NCBI GenBank assembly: GCA_951406725.2
Contig: OX597818.1
Location: forward strand, 34,906,001 to 34,970,000
Direction: 5' to 3'
DNA length: 64,000 nt
DNA from: Octopus vulgaris
Lineage: Eukaryota
Shown: piece after piece, positions 48,101 through 60,461 of the stretch
Layout: each line of letters begins with the position of its first letter
How positions within the stretch are numbered: position 1 is the stretch's first letter
Notes under the pieces: model-generated
Seen by the model: the letters and a program-made list of their open reading frames with translations, nothing else
Told to the model about the DNA's origin: nothing
Database searches by the model: none
Program-made: the position numbers and the translations under genes

Positions 48101-50362
48101 GAGGAGGTCGAAACTGACATTTCAGAGTTCTTCGCTTTGAAACCAAAAGAGTTTTACATTGATGGGGATTAAAAAGCTTATAAATAGATGGGAGGAAGTC
48201 ATAGATAATCATGAAAAGTACATTGAGGATTAAATTTCAATTAAATATAAAATTTGATTACTTGTTTTCTTTATTCAAAATTCGGACAGAACTTATGGGA
48301 TGACCTGATATAGATGTATGTGTGTGTGTGAGTGAGTATTACTTTGTCTTGACATTGAGCTGGTAACTGAAATAGATTTAACCTGCTTCTAAAATGAAAG
48401 GAGAGTTTGTTTTAGTGTATATAGTGATATGTTTGGGCCTACACAACTTGTGTATACATATGCAGTTATATTATGCATATAAAGAGTATTTCATTTATAA
48501 ATTAATATTCAACTCTTTTTATACTTACCCTTAGTTCTATGATAAAAAAAAATTTCATTTTAAAGTGTTGCCATATAAATTAAAATCTTACAATTTTGTG
48601 CTGGAGTCTTTCTTTTAGTTAAATTCCTAACATCAGCTTAATAATCCTTTCTATTATAGGCACAAGAACTGAAATTTTGTGGGGTGGTGGGCAAGTTGAT
48701 TACATTGACCTTAATTCCCAAGTGGTGCTTATTTCATTGACCCTAAGAGGATGAACGGCAAAGTTGCCTTCAGCAGAATTTGAACTCAGAATGTAAAGAC
48801 AGATAAAATGCTGCTAAGCATTTTGTCCAACACAGTAATGATTTTGCTAGCTCACCACATTCATCAGCTTAATAATGGAAAGTCAATTATTTTACAATAT
48901 ACCTTAATGATTTTTTTATTATTTACAAAATTAATTGACATATATCGTCAGGATGATCTTGAGTTTGTCCACATTTGTGTGATGCTGATCCTTCATCCAA
49001 TCTGTCAACAGGTACTTCACATTGAGAACACATTCTTCTCCAATCACCAGAGTTAAGAAATGCAAAACCTTGATATTAGCTAAGTGAGTGATCGCTTGAG
49101 AACCAAGGCCCTGTAAATACAGTCATCATCATCATCGTTTAATATTCATTTTCCATGCTATCATGGGTTGGACAGTTCGACCGGAGTCTGGGAAGCCAGA
49201 AGGCTGCACCAGGCTTCAATCTGATCTGACAGTGTTTCTACAGCTGGATGCCCTTCCTAATGCCAACTACTCCCTGAGTGTAGTGGGTGCTTTTTACATG
49301 CCGCCGGCACAGGGGCCAGAGGAGGCTGGCAAACGGCCATGATCGGTTGGTGCTTTTTACGTGTCACTGACACGGACGCCAGTCAGGCGGCGCTGGCATC
49401 AGCCACGTTCGGACGGTGCTTTTTACGTGTCACCGGCACGGGTATCTTAACTACAATTTCCATTTGATTTTTATTTTGATATTGGTGTTGACGTACTTGA
49501 CTCAGTAGGCCTCCTCAAGAACAGCGGGTCACTCTACGATCCAAGCAGGCCGTCCTGCGAGCCATAAACTCACTTCATTTGTTGGGTCTTCACAGTCACA
49601 GCATATCTCGATATATATTGTGTTATTTCATTAGAAATATTTTTACAAAATACTTGCTCTCTTTTGCTCATAATTATAAAGTTCCTTTTGTTTTATATAG
49701 CTGAAGGTTAGTCCATAAAGTAAGTCATTTCTTTTGGCTTTGTTTATCATAAGTTTTAAAATTTTATTTTAACTACAGGTTTCTACTCCATAAGCTTCTC
49801 CAGTTCCAGTCTATGACTGACCCAGCATTAGCCAACGTTAAGATGCCAGTTACTACAACTACTACAACCACCACTACATACCCAACTATACTCAAAGTGC
49901 CCACCGCTGTTCCTACTCCTCAGCAAGCTCCTGCCGAACCATCTGCAGCACCAGCAGTGCCTGCCAAGCCAAAAGTGAAAAAGAAACTCACCGAAAGAAA
50001 GAAAACAGTTACAGAGTTACTTGGTAAGATAACTTTGATGATCTACGTAGACATAAGAGAGGATTAAGAGTAAAGGGGCTGATTTGGCAAGCTATCAGAA
50101 TACTAGCCATTAATTGGCTGTGAGATCATCTTTAATCAATAGGTTAAGTTAACAGAGGAAGAGTAGCACATGTGATATATTGCTTCCTTGAGCATAGATA
50201 GGTGCAGGAGTGGCTGTGTGGTAAGTAGCTTGCTTACCAACTACATGGTTCCGGGTTCAGTCCCACTGCGTGGCACCTCGAGCAAGTGTCTCCTACTATA
50301 GCCTCAGGCCGACCAAAGCCTTGTGAGTGGATTTGGTAGACGGAAACTGAAAGAAGCCCGTC

Positions 50363-50395
<33 letters not shown>

Positions 50396-53300
50396 AAATG
50401 AGAAAATGGTGAAATATATCTAAATCAATCATCAACTATCAGATAATACCGAATCATATACTTTATTAAAACACTACACAATAGCAATGAGATTATATAT
50501 ATGTATGTGTATTTGTGTGTGTTTCTGTGTTTGTCCCCCCAACATCGCTTGACAACTGATGCTGGTGTATTTACGTCCCCGTAACTTAGCGGTTTGGCAA
50601 AAGAGACTGATAGAATAAGTACTAGGCTTACAAAGAATAAGTCCTGGGGTCGACTTAGGGTGGTGCTCCAGCATAGCCACAGTCAAATGTCTGAAACAAG
50701 TAAAAGAGTAAAGAGTATAGATACATTGAAGCTCCGATGCCTGGCAACTGACTTAATAAACACCCACAAAATCATTAACCACCTTGAACACCTTTTTGAG
50801 CTCCATGTGTCTAACACACGTGGGTATGCCTACTAAAGTCAGAAAACAGCACACGTCCCATGACTTTTGGAAACACTTTTTCACACCTAGAGTTGCTAAA
50901 GCACGGAACAAACTACCTGCATCAGTTGTTAGTTCCTGAGACATTACATCCTTTAAAACCTCCATGCTTCCTGAAATTCACCAACGCTACACCTGATATC
51001 CTCCCCCCCTCCATATGCATCCACACATGTATATCATAACTTATACACATTTCACTTTCCTGACACTTGTACATAATTCTATATATTATAGATGCACCTT
51101 TGATAAGTTGTAGTGCACCTGAGTACTGTACACAATAATTCTGTGTGGCGCCCCTGAGACTGGTGAGGGAAAGAAAGAGAGAGAGAGAAAGAAACTTGAA
51201 ACCTGGTCTTGTCATCATCATCATCATCATTTTATATCCACATATCCATGCTTGTATGAGTCAGATGAAGATTGCTGAGGTAGATTTTCTGTGGCTAGAT
51301 GCCCTTCTTGTTGTCAACCCTTACCTATTTCCAAGTAGGGTAATATTTCTCCATGGCCAGACACTTTTTTGCAGAATTGTAGCTGGTGCCGCATAAAAAG
51401 CCCCCAGTACACTCTGTAAAGTGGTTGGTGTTAGGAAGGGCATTCAGTCATTATAACCCATGCTAAAACAGACAATAAGAGCCTCGTGCAGCTCTCTGGC
51501 CGGCCAGCTCCTGTCAAACCATCCAACCCATGCCAGCATGGAAAACAGACATCAAATGATGATGATAATGAATGACTATGATACTCACTTACAACTATCA
51601 TGCAATGTCAAGGCAAGGAGACACAAACGTTCACTCACTCACTCACTCTCTCTCTCTCATACACAGACATCATCATCGTTTAACATCCGCTTTCCATGCT
51701 GGCATGAGTTGGATGGTTTGACTGAGGACTGGCACCCCAGAAGGCTGCACCAGGCTCCAGTCTGAGCTGGCAAAGTTTCTACAGCTGGATGCCCTTCCTA
51801 ACGCCAACCACTCCGAGAGTGTAGTGGGTGCTTTTACATGCCACCAGCAGAGGGGCTAATCAGGCAGTTCTGGCAGTGACCACACGGAAAAGGTGTTTTT
51901 TATGTGCTACCTGCACAGGAGCCAATCCAGTGGCACTGGCAATGACCACGCTCAAATGTTGTTTTTCATGTGCCAGTAAGGCGATGCTGGCTACGGTCAT
52001 GCTCAAATGCTGCTTTTTACGTGCCACCAGCACGGGATATATACATATATATAATGGGTTTCTTTCTCTTTGTTATTCTATCATATCTACTTCAGCCTTA
52101 CAGTCATCATCATCATCATTTAACATCCGTTTTCCATGCTGGCAGGGGTTGGATAGTTTGACCAGAGCTGCCAAGCAGGAGAACTGAACCAGGTTCCAAT
52201 CTGATTTGGCTTGGTTTCTACAGCTGGATGCTCTTTCTAATGCCAACCACTTTACAGTGTGTGCAGGGTGCTTTTATCGTGGCACCAACACATACTGCTT
52301 TATTTTCCCCACATCTTCTAATCCCGGTCCTTCATCACATGCTACAACAAATTACACCAGTTCTATCTTCAGTTCAATCTGATTCATATCAATACTGACC
52401 TCTGTTGATTATTCCTTTACCTGTGGCTTTTAAACCATTTTTGTTTCTTATTTCAGAAGAGAAATCCAAACCTAAAAAGGCCAAAACACAAGCCAGTAGC
52501 AAAAAGATAGTGCCACCAATTCCTCTAGATCCTTTAGGACGACCCGTTTTCCCATTATCCATTGGAGACTTGACAATTCACAGCCTTGGTGAAGTAAGTA
52601 GCAACTCATTTATGAAAATTTTTAATATGATTGTTATTACTTTGTGTTAAAGTATTGTTATTGCATTGTACTCCTGGCTGTGCAGCTACAAGCAGATGTA
52701 GAGACTGTCTCTCTCTCTCCTTTACCCTTGATTCAATGAAACGTCTAGGATATGACAGCTGGAGAGAAAGAAAACTACACAAGCACTTAGCTAATACTCA
52801 TTATGTTTGAGTAGATTGGAGCAACATGAAATGAAGATTAACAAGAATGTTCATGGTTGATAAAAACCATGAATGTTCTGCTTCTCCTCATTGTCAACAA
52901 CAGTAAATATCACAAATGCATTTTCATTATCTTCACTGGCAGCGACAATCTAAAGCGATTTCTCCATCTAGAAAATGTTGAATGTGATCTCTGCCTTCTT
53001 CTATTTGACTTTGCATGAGTTCTCTACCCTTTCCTACTTGAGGCCTCAACTCTGGATTCTTACTTTAATTATTCCATCCTTACATCTTCTTTTCGCCTTT
53101 CTCTATCTACTTTATTGTATTCTCTGGCCTATTTTCCCCCACTTTCTTTATCTACTTGCTTTATTCTAAACCAACAAACTCCCTTCTCCCAAATGCATTA
53201 AACACAGCTTTTCCAATATGCTTCTTACCTTAATATATATTCCAATTTCAGATTGTTCCTGATCGACCAAATTTCCATACTGAGGAACATATTTACCCCA

Positions 53301-55943
53301 TTGGTTTCTGCAGTACCCGATTGTACGTAAGCACACGGCATCCAGATCAGAAGTGTCTTTATACTTGTAGTATATCAGATGGTGGAAATGGTCCACTTGT
53401 AAGTTGCAATTTTTCTTCTTCTTAATCACTGTAAATCAGTATGGCCTTTTAATTGCTCAAATACTAAATTTTAAATCAAAGAAACAACTTATCAGTGGAC
53501 ATTTCAAAATTTTATGTATATATATATATATACACACACAAGCCAAGTGAGACCATAACTCGTGGTCTACGCCAGTGGTGTAATCAGCCCACTTATGCGT
53601 GCCTTTCCTACATTGGACATTAAATTTTGCTTGCAAAGACCTGGTGAGGCAAATGAAATCGAAATCAAATCAAATTTGCAAATTCGATGACTGGCACCCA
53701 TGCGAGTGGGGCGCTAGAGTACAATCCAAGCTGACTGGCTTCCATACTGGTGACACATAAAGAACACCATTCAAATGTGATTGCTACCAGCGTCGCCTTA
53801 CTGGCACGTGAAAAACATTCGAGCGAGGTTGTTGTCAGTGCCGCTGGACTGGCTCCTGTGCAGGTGGCACGTAAAAAACACTACTTGAGCGTGGCCATTG
53901 CCAGTACTGCCTAACTGGCCCTCGTGCCGGTGGCACATAAAAGCATCCACTACACATCGGAGTGGTTGGTGTTAGGAAGTGCATCCAGCTGTAGAAACTC
54001 TGCCAGATCAAGATTGGAGCCTGGTGCAGCCATCTGGTTCGCCAGTCTTCAATCAAATCGTCCAACCCATGCTAGTGTGGAAAGTAGACATTAAATGATG
54101 ATGATGATGACGATGACACACACACATATACTCTAATATAGTGTATTTTAACGTGTAGAAGGAACCCGTTTTTGTCAAAACTTAGGTTTAAAAAATGTGG
54201 GAGTTTCTTATACATGGATAGTATTATAATCCCTTACAAAAGCTTTTTCCAAATTTTAATCCCCCAAAATTAGGGTGTTCCTTGTACACAAGGATTCCTT
54301 ATACATGTTAAAATACAGTGTATAGTTAGATAGATACTTAACTAATTGACTAATATAAAGAAGTGAAATTGAACCTGTGCTTGTCTTAATATGATTGGCA
54401 AAATGATTTCCCTGAGATGTAACATTTTTGTTTCAGCACACAAATTCACATCAAGAATATTGCAAAACAAAATACAAAAGCAATATGAAAGTAACTTGAA
54501 CTTCAATTCATCTTGGTTATGTCCCTTCACATCCTGTTTTGTCTTTTCCTTTTTTTTTGTCAGTCATTATTCACCATTATTCAATTCCACTTTTTCTGTC
54601 ATACATTGTCCCCTTAGAATCACTGTATTTCAGTGACTAATAACAATGGCAGCACCAGAGAATCAGTTGACTATGCTAATAATTTCTCTTTTATTTGCAG
54701 TTTGAAATATCTGCTGATGACCAAAAACAAATTTTGTGCCACCGAGATCCCTCAGAATGTCACAGCAAATTACTACAATTAATTAATCAATCACGGTAAG
54801 TTTATTGGAGTTTCTGTCTTTGTTTATCTTGTTATTTTTTTGTTTCTTTTCTTTTTTTATTATTATCATTTTCTTGGTTGATTTACCAGAATATTTTTAT
54901 ATTGGAAAGTGATTTGAAGATCTGTTGTTGACTTTGCAGTGTATGTGCTGTACTTGTCAGAAGAGGCAAGATTTATTGACTTATTTTTACCCAGCCTGCC
55001 AGTTGTTTGTGGCACCAGTGATCTGTTAATCAAACTCTGCTTGCCAATTTGATGACAATTTGATTGTCATCAATTTCGATGACAGCACCATGGAGCGCTA
55101 AGAGCACCATCTGAGCGTGATCGTTGCTAGGGCCACTGACTGGCTTCCGTGCTGGTACACGTAAAAAGCACCATTCGGGCGTGATCGTTACCAGCATCCC
55201 CTTACTGGCACCTATGCCGGTAGTACGTGAAAAACAACATTCAATCGAGGGCGTTGCCTGTGCCACTGGACTGGCTCCTGTGCAGGTGACACGTAAAAAC
55301 ACCATTTGAGCGTGGCCATTGCCAGTTCTGCCTGACTGGCCCTCATGCCGGTGGCATGTAAAAGCACCCACTACACTCTCAGAGTGGTTGGCATTAGGAA
55401 GGGCATCCAGCTGTAGGAATATTACCAGATCAGATTGGAGCCTGGTGCAGCTGTTGGCTCTTCAGACCTCAGTTAAATCATCCAACCCATGCCAGCATGG
55501 AAATTGGATGTTAAACAATAAATGATGATGATGACGTGTGTGTTTGTGCCTCCTTGTCTTGACATCACAGAGGACCTGTACAGGAGTAACACAACTATTA
55601 CAAGCTGTCATTCATTTTGCTCTTCCCAGATAACATGGTCAGGCAAGGAAAAGCATTACCTTGCTTGGAAATAGGTGAGGGTTGGCAATAGGAAGAGCAC
55701 TCAGTCATAAAACATCTGCCTCAATGAACTTTGCCTTGTGCAAAAGATAGCAGAATCATTAGCATGCGGGGCAAAATGCATAGTGGCATTTCATCCATCT
55801 TTACAGTTTGAGTTCAAATTCTGCTTTGACTTTCACCCTTTTGGGTTCGATAAAATAAGTACCAGTTGGGCACTGGGATTGATGTAATTAACTGCTCCCC
55901 TCCCCCAAAATTTCAGGCTTTGTACCTATAATAGAAACGATTT

Positions 55944-55981
<38 letters not shown>

Positions 55982-58900
55982 TTCATTATCATCTTTCAAT
56001 TCTGTTTCCATTTCTTGCTGTGTGTCTTCCTGAGACCTAGGGCAGAGAATATCCTTGTTGTTTTTGTTGTTGTTGTTGTTGTTAATAATAATAATAATAA
56101 ACTGAATATATTTTCTGTTTTAATTTCACCTAGGGGTTATGACCTTGTGGCCACTCATGGTGCTGGTCCGGAGTTTTTTGGGTTGTCACACCCGATTGTA
56201 CAGAACCTTATCCAGAGCTGTCCTGGTGCACGGAAATGTTCCCTTTATAAATGGATCAAGTTTGAAGTTAGCAAGACTGAAAACATCTGCAGTTCGATTA
56301 CTACTGAAGATGACCCCACCATCTCGGTAGAAGCTCTTCGATCACTGCAGTCAGTTTCTCAAGGTAAAAAATCAAAGAACAACACATCAAAGTTAATTGG
56401 CTTTCTTCTTTATTTTGGGGTTTTGTTTTGTTGCTTTTTTTGTTATTTTCCTGAATGGATGCTTCATTTAGGTTTAAGAAAGTTATTACCATCATCATCC
56501 TGACGTAGCAGTTCGTCAAGAGAGACTGATAGAATAAGTTACTTGGCTTATAAAGAATAAGTCCTGGGGTCGATTTGCTTGACTAAAGGCGGTGCTCCAG
56601 CATGGCTGCAGTCAAATGACTGAAACAAGTAAAAGGGTAAAAGAGTATAACATCATCACCACCATCCCCAGCACCAACACTAGCACCTTCAGCATCATTA
56701 TCATCATCATCATTATGACCACCCCATTATCACCATTATTGACGTAACTACCAGTACCACTACAACCATCACCAGCACCACCTCTACAGATAGTTGATTT
56801 TCGTTATTGCCATGCATGCCAAAGAATGAAGGACCACAATGAATGGTGAGATATTGTGTGACCCATCCAGCCCATATCATTATAGAAAAACTTTAAAATG
56901 ACGAAGCCTCTATGCAAACATATCAAAACAGTTGCAAAAAAAAAAAAAAAAAAAAAAACACAAAGAAAAAAAATTTTTAATAAGATCTTGGAATTGCAGA
57001 TAGTCAATCTGTTCAGTGTGAATGATCTTTTATCAGCGAGTATCTCTTGAACATCTGTAAATGGTTGTTATTTTGTTCAAGACCTTGCCCAAGCAATGTT
57101 ATCAGTTTCCTTTTTTCCATATATGTATATATTTCTCTCTTTAGTCGATGTATGTTTATCTTAACCTGTTGCACCTCAACAGTATTCCTGACCTTGTTTT
57201 ATAGTTGGACAACAATAAAAATAAATAGCAGCTGTGATACCAGTGCCGGTGGTACGTAAGAGAACCATCCGAACGTGGCCGTTGCCAGCGCCGCCCCGAC
57301 TGGCCTCTTGCCGTTGGCACATAAAAAGCACCATCCGATCATGGCCGTTGCCAGCCTTGTCTGGCCCCCGTGCCGGTGGCACGTAAAAAGCACCATCTGA
57401 TCGTGGCTGTTTGCCAGCCTCGTCTGGCACATAAAAAGCACCCACTACACTCACGGAGTGATTGGCGTTAGGCAGGGCATCCAGCCGTAGAAGCATTGCC
57501 AGATCAGACTGGGCCTGGTGCAGCCTTCTGACTTCCCAGACTCCGGTTGAACCGTCCAACCCATGCTAGCATGGAAAGCGGATGCTAAACGACGACGATG
57601 ATGGTGATGATGATGATATATATATATATATAGAAAGAAAAAAACAAGCTTCTTCAAAATTATGGGTAGACTAAATTTGGATGATGCTGATATTAAGGAT
57701 CATGATGAGGAGGAAGAGGCAGGAGGTGGGGTGGTAATTTGTTAAAGTAAAAATGCATCTAGTTCGCACTGATGTAGCTGGTGACAGGAAGGGCATAGAA
57801 GACAATCATCATGTTCCTGTAATTTGATGATTGTTATTTTCCTTATTGCAGATTTTTGGCAAATATTCTTACTCTCTTTTACTCTTTTACTTGTTTCATT
57901 CATTTGACTGTGGCCATGCTGGAGCACCGCATTTAGTCGAGCAAATCGACCCCAGGACTTATTCTTTGTAAGCCTAGTACTTATTCTATCAGTCTCTTTA
58001 GCTGAACCGCTAAGTTACAGGGACGTAAACACACCAGCAATGGTTGTCAAGCGATGCTGGGGGAACATACACAGACACACAAAAACACACACACATATAC
58101 ATATATACAACGGGCTTCTTTCAATTTCCGTCTACCAAATCCACTCACACGGCTTTGGTCGGCCTGAGGCTATAGTAGAAGACACTTGCCCAAGGTGCCA
58201 CACAGTGGGACTGAACCCGGAACTATGCGGTTGGTAAGCAAGCTACTTACCACACAAGAATTTTTATTTTTTCATACAAGGATTTGATTTGAATATATTT
58301 TGATGGATCTTAAGTTGCATCCATGTCTATTACAACTGTATAATGGTTATCATTGTTTAATGTCCGTTTTCCCTGCTGGCATGGGTCGGACAGTTTGATT
58401 AGAACTGACAAGCCATAAGACTGTGCCAAACTCTAAACTCTGCTTCGGCATGGTTTCTATGGCTAGACGCCCCTCATAATGCCAACCACTTTACAGAGTG
58501 TACTGGATACTTTTGACTTGGCAGCAGCACCATTGAGATTACCTGGTAATTTGCAAGACAGGACCCCTCAACAGAAGCAGGAGTATAGTTCACTGGGATG
58601 TGATTTTGTGCCAGGTGTTAAGAGGCTAAATTATGACAGAAGAACAGCAACAGGTGCGTTGCAACAGACGAGATTCATGGTTACCCAAACTGGAAAAGGG
58701 AAGAAGATATGAAAGAGATGCCAAGGTGTAACTGCAAGTTAGAGGAACATGATAATCAACAGAAGTTATTGATTGGATGGTGGTCAGATGGTGGTATTAA
58801 ACAATGATTTTTACTTGCTCTGAATTTTAAGTTTTGATACAGTTGAAAAACAGGTAAGGGTTGGTCATAAAATACTGGCCTTAATATACCTGCTAGCCCA

Positions 58901-59571
58901 GAAAAATAGATACAAAATAAATGAAAAGAAAATGATGTAAGTTGTCAAGAGAGATCTGTTGTCAGAAACAAAGGAATGGGGTACATGCCTATTTATGATT
59001 CTGTTTGGTTAGGCGTAAGACCATGACCTCAATTGAATGGTCTGAAAGTGTAACACCATCTCCATTCATCCCACCTTCCTGCTTGAGCCTTTGTCTTGTA
59101 CTCTCCCCTATATTCACTTCGTACCTTGAGAGTATAGTCTGGGATTTTGTCACCATATCTTATCTCCCTTCCAGCTTGTCTTGCCTGCTCTTTCCTATTG
59201 CAAGGGGAGCCATGTATCTCCTCGTGAGATTGATTGATCAGCCTGCTAGAAATAGCAATCAAATCCCACAGAATTAGAAAACGGCACATTGGACAATGAC
59301 ATTCTTAGATATCCAAAAATATGAGTATGGTCATGGCGGGAGCATCTTTGATCAAATGTCTATTTAATCGAGACTGACCTGAAGTAGTCAACAATAAGCT
59401 ATAGCATTTATTTATCTATTTATTTCTGTATTTATTTATTTTATTCATAAAATTTAAATTTTGCTTAATGTTTAATAAAAACGAGCAAAATTACAAATAT
59501 AGAAGAATTTAACTTTTCTTTTCATAAATTTCATTTTCTATTTTTTTGCAGGAAGCAAATTTCAGACTTGA
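44245..59571 (+). CDS. TBRG1: TBRG1/NIAM-like protein (N-terminal coiled coil plus FYRN/FYRC domains); 8 coding exons, ~341 aa
   Basis: join 44245-44325, 46951-47021, 49779-50023, 52457-52593, 53252-53398, 54701-54795, 56134-56363, 59552-59571; GT-AG introns, consistent phases, 1026 nt. Motifs NAAICDEV..EERRFLLHKLLQ, PIPLDPLGRPVFP, FHTEEHIYPIGFCSTR (FYRN) and GPEFFGLSHPIVQNLIQSCPGARKC (FYRC). Confidence 0.9.
44862..45135 (+). mobile_element. Penelope-like terminal-repeat relic carrying a hammerhead motif
   Basis: Pyrimidine-rich ~270-bp block ending in (TA)n and containing the motif at 45002-45036. Confidence 0.5.
45002..45036 (+). ncRNA. Minimal type I hammerhead ribozyme-like motif
   Basis: gttt-CTGACGA-a gag ctcca ctc-GAAA-cg-TA-aaac; intact core, palindromic ACGT stem III, GUA cleavage triplet. 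Confidence 0.65.
45428..45835. mobile_element. Two RTE 3'UTR copies in inverted, tail-to-tail orientation
   Basis: Plus copy at 45428-45668 and minus copy at ~45672-45835. Confidence 0.7.
45890..46640 (-). mobile_element. RTE LINE C-terminal ORF and 3'UTR fragments
   Basis: Homologous to 18960-19310 (GRGRSRKMWNEVVKKDL-type end). Confidence 0.6.
46951..47021 (+). CDS. TBRG1: TBRG1 coding exon 2 (VNAAICDEVVRIEEKVLQVKEER)
   Basis: Strong acceptor and |gtaagt donor. Confidence 0.9.
47254..47558 (+). mobile_element. RTE 3'UTR copy with TSD
   Basis: 8-bp TSD aatgttgc (47246-47253 / 47559-47566); modules and gat tail. Confidence 0.75.
47645..48008 (+). mobile_element. RTE LINE ORF end and 3'UTR fragment
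   Basis: EDSCVKKCQALIVVGTCGRGRPR..WDKVVRKDL, then a module and the aggaagggcatccagc block. Confidence 0.65.
48011..48310 (+). mobile_element. mariner transposon 3' fragment
   Basis: PYSPDLAPSDYHLFRSL (the mariner YSPDLAPxD motif), GIKKLINRWEEVIDN..YIED*, then a TIR-like end (aacttatgggatgacctga) followed by TA. Confidence 0.85.
49124..49610 (-). mobile_element. RTE LINE 3'UTR copy reaching back to the ORF end
   Basis: gat tail, 3 modules, and upstream gagatatgctgtg matching the RYAV end of the LINE ORF. Confidence 0.75.
49779..50023 (+). CDS. TBRG1: TBRG1 coding exon 3 (FLLHKLLQ; poly-Thr/Pro linker; basic NLS-like stretch)
   Basis: Overlaps ORF 49813-50067; phases fit. Confidence 0.9.
50200..50714 (+). 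mobile_element. SINE family B with a ~100-bp insert in the internal (TA)n
   Basis: Head at 50200-50365, insert at ~50394-50493, 3' half to 50714. Confidence 0.8.
50716..51145 (+). mobile_element. CR1-like LINE 3' end
   Basis: DTLKLRCLATDLINTHKII..NTRG..FFTPRVAKARNKLPASVV..SFK, a typical CR1 ORF2 terminus. Confidence 0.7.
51668..52035 (-). mobile_element. RTE 3'UTR copy
   Basis: Modules and tail; a further copy at 52103-52290(-). Confidence 0.7.
52457..52593 (+). CDS. TBRG1: TBRG1 coding exon 4 (PIPLDPLGRPVFPLSIGDLTIHSLGE)
   Basis: Start of FYRN; canonical splice sites. Confidence 0.92.
53252..53398 (+). CDS. TBRG1: TBRG1 coding exon 5 (FYRN)
   Basis: IVPDRPNFHTEEHIYPIGFCSTRLY...YTCSISDGGNGPL, 147 nt. 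Confidence 0.95.
53545..54117 (+). mobile_element. RTE 3'UTR copy, long module array
   Basis: Homologous to 39005-39616 and 55083-55534. Confidence 0.7.
54140..54322. mobile_element. pogo/Tc1-type MITE
   Basis: Imperfect ~28-bp TIRs (gtgtattttaacgtgtagaaggaacc / ggattccttatacatgttaaaatacag); partial second copy at ~25448-25572. Confidence 0.6.
54701..54795 (+). CDS. TBRG1: TBRG1 coding exon 6 (start of FYRC)
   Basis: FEISADD...ECHSKLLQLIN; canonical splice sites. Confidence 0.9.
55083..55534 (+). mobile_element. RTE 3'UTR copy with ~5 modules
   Basis: Modules, aggaagggcatcc block and gat tail. Confidence 0.75.
56134..56363 (+). CDS. TBRG1: TBRG1 coding exon 7 (FYRC)
   Basis: GPEFFGLSHPIVQNLIQSCPGARKC; lies within ORF 56015-56503. 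Confidence 0.92.
57236..57617 (+). mobile_element. RTE 3'UTR copy, young subfamily like 8263-8650
   Basis: 4 modules and tail. Confidence 0.8.
57868..58256 (-). mobile_element. SINE family B
   Basis: Collinear with 5048-5465; further copies at ~3040-3200(-), 32785-33190, 45197-45400(-), 56505-56645(+), 60800-61146(+), 63465-64000(-). Confidence 0.8.
59552..59571 (+). CDS. TBRG1: TBRG1 probable terminal coding exon (GSKFQT*)
   Basis: Strong acceptor ttctatttttttgcag and phase-1 fit; too short for homology support. Confidence 0.55.
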
Positions 59572-59717
59572 AGCCATTGAAAAGAACTTTCCGATAGATA
59601 CATAAATAAGTATTCATGTGGTGCTGAGTCAATTCCACAGGCAGTATGCAGAAATATAAAATTGACAGATGTTCCAACTGAAGATAAAAATCATAAATAA
59701 TCATAATAATCATAATG

Positions 59718-59748
<31 letters not shown>

Positions 59749-60248
59749 AAATCATTTCAGATCTCAAAACATTTTGCTTTTATATCATTATTTTCTAAAA
59801 CTGCAAGAGAACAAACAAACCTAACTGTAATATTGGAGCCTGGTGCAGCTGCTGGCTCTCCAAACCTCAGTCAAACCGTCCAACCCATGCCAGCATGGAA
59901 AACGGACGTTAAACGATGATGATGATGATGATGATTTCATGTATATTTTATATATTTTATATTCTGTGTTTTTTTAATGTCAGATACTTTATATCTATAA
60001 ACTTAATCTTTCCTTGTGCTGTTGACTTTTGGCTTTCATTTCTTTACTTTATTATTTTTATCATATATGCCCTTCCTAACGCCAACCACTCCACTACACT
60101 CATGGAGTGGTTGGCGTTAGGAAGGGCATCCAACCATAGAAACATTGCCAGATCAGACCGGGCCTGGTGCAGCCTTCTGGCTTCCCAGACCCCAGTTGCA
60201 CCGTCCAACCCATGCCAGCATGGAAAGCGGACGCTAAACGATGATGAT

Positions 60249-60461
60249 GGGGTGCGGAAAAGTTCTTGGCTTCAGGCGTATTGCAATAGGTCTGGTTGGA
60301 GGCCCAACTTTCCACGTTCTTTTACAGGGCTTAGAAAACTGAAGGGCCGCTGCAATAATTGTGTGAATCTGAGAGGGGAATACGTTGGATAAAATCATAA
60401 TTAACTGAGCTTCTTGTATTTTCTTTTACCCAAAGCTAGAAACTTTTCAGCCCTCCCTTGT
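60249..60461 (+). mobile_element. Internally deleted mariner element (MITE-like)
   Basis: Imperfect TIRs ggggtgcggaaaagttcttggctt / aagctagaaacttttcagccctccc; interior GLRKLKGRCNNCVNLRGEYVG* resembles the mariner C-terminus. Confidence 0.7.
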
